In this document: positions 58,632 through 64,000 of the stretch, piece after piece
Numbering within the stretch: the first letter of the stretch is position 1
How the letters are laid out: the number at the start of each line of letters is the position of its first letter
Source: Candidatus Parvarchaeota archaeon
Lineage (GTDB): Archaea > Nanobdellota > Nanobdellia > JAAOXT01
Direction of reading: 5' to 3'
DNA length: 64,000 nucleotides
Assembly (NCBI GenBank): GCA_017609605.1
Contig: JAFCDO010000001.1
Coordinates: forward strand, 9,281-73,280
Notes under the pieces: model-generated
What the model was told of the DNA's origin: nothing
The model's input: only the letters and a program-made list of their open reading frames with translations
Database searches by the model: none
Position numbers and translations under genes: made by a program

Positions 58632-59005
58632 AAGCACAGGTTAGCGTGGAAACACTTTTCGTAATTACTTTCATGGTCTCCTTATTTATAGTCATCACTA
58701 ACTCAGTGTATCACCGGAAGACCATGCTTGAATCCCAAGAATTTCTCGTCGAAGTTAAAAGCGTTTGCAACGCTTTCAGCAGCAAAGTGGCTGACGCGAC
58801 GCTGTTAGAAGGACTGGAAACCAATATGACTTTGAAAGGGTATAACTTGAGCGTTCAAGACAAGTCCGTGCAAGTCTTCTCCGAAAACGAAACAGTTTTC
58901 TGCAGTATGATAACAAGCGTGACCAACGGTTCTCACAGCGATTTCAACATCTCACAAGAAGTCGTGACCATCCAAAATTTGAACGGGGGCGTGATGATAA
59001 GTTGA
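58628..59005 (+). CDS. Prepilin-like protein
   Basis: MKAQVSVETLFVITFMVSLFIVI. ATGA overlap upstream. Confidence 0.7.
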   Translation: MKAQVSVETLFVITFMVSLFIVITNSVYHRKTMLESQEFLVEVKSVCNAFSSKVADATLLEGLETNMTLKGYNLSVQDKSVQVFSENETVFCSMITSVTNGSHSDFNISQEVVTIQNLNGGVMIS

Positions 59006-59481
59006 AAGCGCAAATCGTGTCCCTTGACTTCGTGGTCGCCATAACAGTGTTTGCAATACTCTTTTACGCTGGAATAACTATGTGGAACGATTACTCCAGA
59101 GACCTGGAAAAAAGTTATTCCACCAACGAGTTAAGAATGAAAGCTTACGGCGCGAGCGTTTCCTTAATGGACTCATCCGGCCAGCCCTTCAACTGGTCCA
59201 TCGAATCAAATCGAGCAGGAGTCAAAGATTTTGAAAACATTGATTCCGGAAAACTTGAAAGACTGATTGATTACGCGTCAAACGATTACGAAAACTCTAA
59301 GAAACTTTTAGGACTGCAAGAATATGATTACAGGATAATAGTGAATTATTCGAACGGCACCAATATTTACGATTCTGGAAAAAGTTACGCTTTAGCCGAT
59401 GAAATCGTTGCCATTAAAAGACTTGCGCTAATGGAAGGGGCTGGCGTGAACATTAAACTAATTGTTTGGAGGGAAAAATGA
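59002..59481 (+). CDS. Prepilin-like protein
   Basis: The TTG start overlaps the upstream stop (TTGA). (M)KAQIVSLDFVVAITVFAILF. Motifs GQPFNW and LGLQEYD. Confidence 0.65.
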   Translation: MKAQIVSLDFVVAITVFAILFYAGITMWNDYSRDLEKSYSTNELRMKAYGASVSLMDSSGQPFNWSIESNRAGVKDFENIDSGKLERLIDYASNDYENSKKLLGLQEYDYRIIVNYSNGTNIYDSGKSYALADEIVAIKRLALMEGAGVNIKLIVWREK

Positions 59482-59870
59482 GTAAAGGCTTCGTCTTTTC
59501 ACTGGACGTTTTCTTCGCTGCAATGATAATAACTTTTTTCCTAGCAACTTTTCCCTCCCAAGAACACGAAACCCATTACGATAAATTGATGCTGTTAAAG
59601 CAGGCACAAGACACTTTGAACGTCCTGACACCTTCTTTGCAGGGCATGAACCAAGAAACCATTAACGACTCGCTTAAAGAACTAATTCCTCCAAACCTCA
59701 ATCACTCGCTGGAAGTTCTTTACTACAACCCAGACAATTCTTTGAATCAATCCATCAACTTAGGCGACCCGGTCACAACAGATTTTGTTAACGCGCGAAG
59801 AATATTCTTGGTGACAAGCGAAGGCAACATCACCTTGTTAGGTAAAGCAGAAATGAGGTTATGGCCATGA
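59478..59870 (+). CDS. Prepilin-like protein (KG|F type)
   Basis: ATG 59478 overlaps the upstream stop (ATGA). MSKGFVFSLDVFFAAMIITFF. The track start is 59466. Confidence 0.6.
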   Translation: MSKGFVFSLDVFFAAMIITFFLATFPSQEHETHYDKLMLLKQAQDTLNVLTPSLQGMNQETINDSLKELIPPNLNHSLEVLYYNPDNSLNQSINLGDPVTTDFVNARRIFLVTSEGNITLLGKAEMRLWP

Positions 59871-60631
59871 AAAAAGGGATCCTTATGTCACTAATGACTC
59901 TTGCTTTCTTCACAGTCATAAGTTCTCTGGTCTTCCTTGTCTTCATCCAAAACAACAATTATGGTGAGACTTTTGTTAACTCAATCGCTGCTTCCCGGAC
60001 GAGCCAGGAGGTAAATACCGTGAAAAACAATCTTTTCAAAGCAACAAATCTTTATCACTCCGTTTCAAGCAGTGACTCAGTTAACCTAACATTTCATTCT
60101 TATTTGAACTCTTTTTTTAACGCTAGTCATAACATGAACTCTTATGACTCTTTCCTAACCCATGTTTACGGCATCTCTCACGACTTTTCTAACCTGATCT
60201 TGAGCGTTGATAACGGTTACTTGGAACAAATCGTTCAACCGTATGGAATCCTGATAACTAATAATTATTCTGCCAAAAAAATTGTTTGGAACAATACGAG
60301 CTCAGCGACTGCACTAAAACTAAAACTGCCAGAAGTTAATCAAGTGACTTGGCAGAACGATGCGGGCTCACTGAAGGTCATAATTGAAAGCCCAGAGTTT
60401 TATGAGGAAAAACTTGTGGGCGAAGCCAACGTAACAGTAAAAATCAGTGAAAGTTCTAACGTGACCTGGCAGGTCCGTCAAAACAATTTCACTTTAAATT
60501 ATTCTAATTCGAGCGGTGAAACTGCTGAATTAACTCTCGTCCTGCCTGAAGAAGAAAGCTTGAGAATCAATTTTGTCCAAGAGTACGGCCTAAACGTTTC
60601 AGCAGGAAAATATTATTTTAAAAATGTCTAA
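59867..60631 (+). CDS. Prepilin-like protein (KG|I type)
   Basis: ATG 59867 overlaps the upstream stop (ATGA). MKKGILMSLMTLAFFTVISSLVF. An alternative ATG lies at 59861. Confidence 0.6.
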   Translation: MKKGILMSLMTLAFFTVISSLVFLVFIQNNNYGETFVNSIAASRTSQEVNTVKNNLFKATNLYHSVSSSDSVNLTFHSYLNSFFNASHNMNSYDSFLTHVYGISHDFSNLILSVDNGYLEQIVQPYGILITNNYSAKKIVWNNTSSATALKLKLPEVNQVTWQNDAGSLKVIIESPEFYEEKLVGEANVTVKISESSNVTWQVRQNNFTLNYSNSSGETAELTLVLPEEESLRINFVQEYGLNVSAGKYYFKNV

Positions 60632-61235
60632 TCATTTCTTTGTAAAGCTCTTCAACGTTCCAACCCGTTTTAGCGCTAATCAAAATAAGATTGTAATCAG
60701 GGAAAGCTTCTTGCACGAATGACACGTCAGAGCTCTCGTCCATCTTATTAACAACTATCAAAACTTTTTTGCCAGCGAACTCCAAATTATTGACAAGCAT
60801 CCTAGTCATGTCATCCACCCCATCAGCTAACGCGTCCACGACTACCAAAGCTCCGTCCACACTTTCTATCGCTTTAATGCTCTCAACAACGCCGTTAACG
60901 GCCTCCACCGTCCTCAAACTCGCGCCATGCCCCTTCATACCATACTCAGAAAACATGTCTGGATCTATTTTCTCGCTCACTCCCGGGGTATCCATCACCT
61001 CAAAATCCAGTGTTAATCTTCCCACCTTCAATTTCACGCCTTTTCTTGATTTCACTTTCCTAGTCTCGTGAGGCACGGGGGAAACCTTCCCCAATTCTTC
61101 CAAGCCAATATCATTAAGTATTCTATTAATGAGCGTGGTTTTACCAGAGTTTGGAGGGCCAAAAACGCCTATCACTACTGGTTTCCTCCTAATCTTCCGG
61201 AAAAAAATCCTTGATAACAGTTTTAAAACATTCAT
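60618..61235 (-). CDS. Small TRAFAC-class GTPase (Era/EngB-like)
   Basis: G1 GPPNSGKTT, G3 DTPG, G4 NKMD and G5 SAK. ATG 61235 is preferred over the track start at 61283. Confidence 0.75.
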   Translation of the reverse strand: MNVLKLLSRIFFRKIRRKPVVIGVFGPPNSGKTTLINRILNDIGLEELGKVSPVPHETRKVKSRKGVKLKVGRLTLDFEVMDTPGVSEKIDPDMFSEYGMKGHGASLRTVEAVNGVVESIKAIESVDGALVVVDALADGVDDMTRMLVNNLEFAGKKVLIVVNKMDESSDVSFVQEAFPDYNLILISAKTGWNVEELYKEMIRHF

Positions 61236-61282
61236 TCCCAAAACAATATTTATATTACCCCGAATATTTAAAATATATATCA

Positions 61283-61948
61283 ATGCCTCCTAAAAAAAGT
61301 TCGCGTAAAAAAAACAAGAAACCAGTGAAAAACCCTGTTAAAAAAATTGTTAAACCTAAAGTCAAGAAACATATCAAAAAAAAAGTGGGTTGCGAACTTC
61401 AAGAAATATTCGGTCAAGCACTAAAAGTCGGGATCCAGCACGAAAAGATTAGAAAAGATATAATCAAATACGGTTTAGAAGAACTGGAAAAAATTGAGAA
61501 AGACCCGAAAAAAGCTTTTAAGATAAGAAATAAATGGACTTCAACTCTTGATAAAACTTTTCGCAAAGGCGGGAAAAGAATTATGTGGTTCCTAAAACCA
61601 GGGTTCTGGGAGCCAATACAGGAAGAACTGCCCTTCCTTGACGAGAAATCCTGGATTAAAAAGAGCCAAGAAAAACTCGACAAAGCGGTTAAGAACTTTA
61701 AAGTGACTAAAATCAAAACCAGGAGTGGAAAAACCATAATCCTACCACCTCTTAACCGTTTCGACACGAAAGCGGATTTATTGCTTGAAATAGTGAAAAT
61801 GACGAAAAAAATCAGTGTTAAAGAACTTTCAAAAATATTGAAGGCGGACTATGAAGTAGTGGAAGAATGGGCTAACGAGCTAAGCGAAAACAATTTAGTC
61901 AAGATGAAGTACCCGCTGATAGGCCACCCTTACCTAAAAATAAAATGA
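61283..61948 (+). CDS. Lys-rich protein with a winged-helix-like C-terminal domain, coupled to the secretion ATPase
   Basis: MPPKKSSRKKNKKPVKNPVKKIVKPKVKKHIKKK. The C-terminus ISVKELSKILKADYEVVEEWANELSENNLVKMKYPLIGHPYLKI is homologous to 46621-46956. Confidence 0.55.
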   Translation: MPPKKSSRKKNKKPVKNPVKKIVKPKVKKHIKKKVGCELQEIFGQALKVGIQHEKIRKDIIKYGLEELEKIEKDPKKAFKIRNKWTSTLDKTFRKGGKRIMWFLKPGFWEPIQEELPFLDEKSWIKKSQEKLDKAVKNFKVTKIKTRSGKTIILPPLNRFDTKADLLLEIVKMTKKISVKELSKILKADYEVVEEWANELSENNLVKMKYPLIGHPYLKIK

Positions 61949-63456
61949 AGATAATCACGAATTACAAAACAACAACTTTTGACGTAGAAATCCCTGTCAG
62001 AATCCTCCAAAAGAAAGGAGAATACACTCTTGTTTACGAGGTTTCACTACCCGAGGTTAAGCCCGCTACCCGAGCCATAATTATGGGGATTAAAGAAGAT
62101 TTAATGCATGAAGTAAAATTATCAGAGGAAGAAATTATTGACGAGAGAGCGATAAAAATGGTTCAGACCAAAATAAAGGAAAAAGCTGTCAAAATAATGA
62201 GAAAGAACTTTCCAAAAGAGTCTAAAGAAAAGCTAAACAATCTCCTGTGCGTAATTCTTTCAGAAACGATTGGGCTCGGACCCGTGGAATACTTGCTTAA
62301 CGACCCTGAACTGGAAGAAGTAGTGGTTCACGGGCAAAAAGCTCCTGCCTGGGTTTACCATAGAACGCACGGCTGGCTTAAAACAAACATTTTTTTAACA
62401 GAAAAACAGGTTTACGATTACTCCACAATAATTGGAAGAAAAGTTGGGAGAAGCATAAGCCGTCTTGACCCCTTACTAGATGCTAGGTTATTAAACGGTG
62501 ACAGGATTAACGCGGTATTATATCCCATATCCTACTTTGGTAATACGATAACGATTCGTAAATTCAGGAAAAAACCTTGGACGATTGTGGACTTGATAAA
62601 AAATGACACGCTAACAGTCGAAGAGGCCGCACTCCTATGGCTGGCAACCCAGTATGAAATATCTTATCTCATTGCTGGCGGAACGGCTAGCGGGAAAACC
62701 ACGCTTCTGAACACCTTAATGGCTTTCATTCCTCCAAATCATAGAGTGATTAGCATTGAAGACACCAAAGAACTTCAACTTCCATCATTTCTTTACTGGA
62801 CTTCCCTAGTGGTCAGGGAGCCAAACCTTGAAGGCAAAGGAGGTATTAGTATGCAAGAACTCTTAATCAACTCTTTAAGGATGCGGCCGGACAGAATTAT
62901 TGTTGGAGAAGTTAGAAGAAAGTTTGAAGCAGAAACCTTGTTCGAAGCCATTCACACGGGTCACAGCGTTTACGCAACAGTTCATGCTGAAACAGGAGAG
63001 CAAACCGTTCAAAGACTTACCCACGACCCAATGAACATTCCTGAAGGGATGATAAGCGCAATTCCCTTGATTGTTGTCATGTTCAGGGATCGAAGAAAAG
63101 GAATAAGAAGATTATCAGAATTGTCAGAGGTCATATCCACCGAAATCATGGGAAAAGCAAGGATTGTCATCAACAAGGTTCGGGAATGGGATTCCAGTTC
63201 TAACGAACACTTTTCCTCAAACCCATCCAAAACCTTAACACAAAAAATAAAGGTGTACACCGGGATGAGCGAAGAAGATGTTACAAAAGACTTGAACGAC
63301 AAAAAAAAGGTTTTGAAATGGATGATTGAAAATGAGTTAAGCGGGTTAGAAAACGTTGGCAGGATTATAAGCGCTTATTTTCTGGATTCCAGAACTCTTC
63401 TTGAAATGATTCGAAAAAATTGTTCAAAAGCAGAGGTTCTAAAACATTATGGGTGA
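61945..63456 (+). CDS. Type II/IV secretion-family ATPase (FlaI/PilB-like); paralogue of 46931-48751
   Basis: GGTASGKTT, ISIEDTKE, RIIVGEVRR and TGHSVYATVHA. ATGA overlap upstream. Confidence 0.9.
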   Translation: MKIITNYKTTTFDVEIPVRILQKKGEYTLVYEVSLPEVKPATRAIIMGIKEDLMHEVKLSEEEIIDERAIKMVQTKIKEKAVKIMRKNFPKESKEKLNNLLCVILSETIGLGPVEYLLNDPELEEVVVHGQKAPAWVYHRTHGWLKTNIFLTEKQVYDYSTIIGRKVGRSISRLDPLLDARLLNGDRINAVLYPISYFGNTITIRKFRKKPWTIVDLIKNDTLTVEEAALLWLATQYEISYLIAGGTASGKTTLLNTLMAFIPPNHRVISIEDTKELQLPSFLYWTSLVVREPNLEGKGGISMQELLINSLRMRPDRIIVGEVRRKFEAETLFEAIHTGHSVYATVHAETGEQTVQRLTHDPMNIPEGMISAIPLIVVMFRDRRKGIRRLSELSEVISTEIMGKARIVINKVREWDSSSNEHFSSNPSKTLTQKIKVYTGMSEEDVTKDLNDKKKVLKWMIENELSGLENVGRIISAYFLDSRTLLEMIRKNCSKAEVLKHYG

Positions 63457-64000
63457 ATTGATTGATTATGCTAGAAACTTTAAGGGTCTAGCAAAACTTC
63501 TTTCTTCCATGTTTCCAAGACTGTCACCAACACTCAAGTGGGCGGGCATCAAACAATCAGTTCTTGATTACACCAGCCTAGCGATCCTCATATCCGCTTC
63601 TTTCAGCGCTTTTTACACTACGTCAGCGCTGATAACATTATTTTTTTTGAATATTTTAAACCCGTATAACTTCCTATTCTCGCTCGCAACAGGTTTTCTG
63701 ATCTTTTGGCTTGCTTTCATACTAAAAATGAGGCAACCTTATTTTTTAGCGAATAAAAGGTCGAAAGACTTTGATAAGAACATTGCGTTCGCAATAAGAG
63801 AGATTTACGTCAGAGTAAATTCCGGGCAAACCCTTTTCAACGCGATTTCTCGAGTCGGGTTTGGTGATTACGGAGAGATTTCTGAAGAATTCAAAAAATA
63901 TGTTCACAAGTTGGAGACGGGCAAAAGCGAGTTAGAAGCGCTTGAAGAACTTGCGGGAAGGATTGCTTCAGAGGACTTCCGGCGACTGCTCTGGCAGTTA
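63449..64000 (+). CDS. FlaJ/TadC-like membrane protein, 5' part (runs off the window)
   Basis: AIREIYVRVNSGQTLFNAISRVGFGDYGEISEEF...FRRLLWQL parallels 48748-49638. The ATG overlaps the end of the ATPase gene. Confidence 0.7.
   Translation, partial: MGELIDYARNFKGLAKLLSSMFPRLSPTLKWAGIKQSVLDYTSLAILISASFSAFYTTSALITLFFLNILNPYNFLFSLATGFLIFWLAFILKMRQPYFLANKRSKDFDKNIAFAIREIYVRVNSGQTLFNAISRVGFGDYGEISEEFKKYVHKLETGKSELEALEELAGRIASEDFRRLLWQL

Noticed and set aside
1-64000. CRISPR arrays, rRNA genes, tRNA genes, transposases and integrases.
   Set aside because: I saw no regularly spaced direct repeats. No intergenic segment was GC-rich or long enough to hold a tRNA or rRNA (the longest gaps are about 100-200 nt and A/T-rich). 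No DDE, tyrosine or serine recombinase motifs appeared in any ORF.

Overview
The window is an AT-rich, densely packed archaeal segment. Many neighbouring genes overlap by 4 nt (ATGA, GTGA or TTGA), and TATA-like boxes sit about 22-31 nt upstream of several first-gene starts. Informational genes identify it as archaeal: L10e, S27e, L44e, aIF2-alpha, Nop10, a PAC2 chaperone, Hel308, GINS, KsgA and a DEAD-box helicase. A fused PriS-PriL(CTD) primase and several degenerate metabolic enzymes suggest a reduced, DPANN-like lineage; this is inference. I found no rRNA, tRNA, CRISPR array or transposase.

The accessory content is dominated by cell-surface systems:
- Two paralogous, syntenic type-IV-filament (pilus-like) clusters lie at 41486-51881 and 55542-64000+. 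Each has five prepilin-like genes, and the first is a giant pilin-adhesin fusion (Ig-like repeats in one locus, a 7-bladed FG-GAP-like beta-propeller in the other). Each also has a Lys-rich winged-helix-like protein coupled to a FlaI/PilB-type ATPase, FlaJ/TadC-like membrane proteins and a FlaH-like KaiC ATPase.
- A five-gene surface locus at 20830-30333 encodes four paralogues of one beta-rich scaffold. Two of them carry very large Cys-rich insertions (CC-dipeptide repeats, W-C-C modules, MopE-like D-rich motifs).
- A minimal A24-type prepilin peptidase candidate lies at 17477-17929.

Other notable points:
- An operon of a PEP-synthase-like protein whose phospho-histidine is Asp, plus a phosphoglycerate-mutase-like protein with degenerate metal and nucleophile residues.
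- A small Cys-rich gene with a -1 frameshift that has slippery-run, spacer and hairpin geometry. A decayed copy of part of it sits between two pilin genes, flanked by 20-nt direct repeats.
- A DedA-PAP2-dolichol kinase carrier-lipid module.
- Two genes below the ORF-track size cutoff (Nop10 and a C2H2-like micro-protein).

All family calls come from motifs read by eye and recalled consensus patterns. No searches were run.
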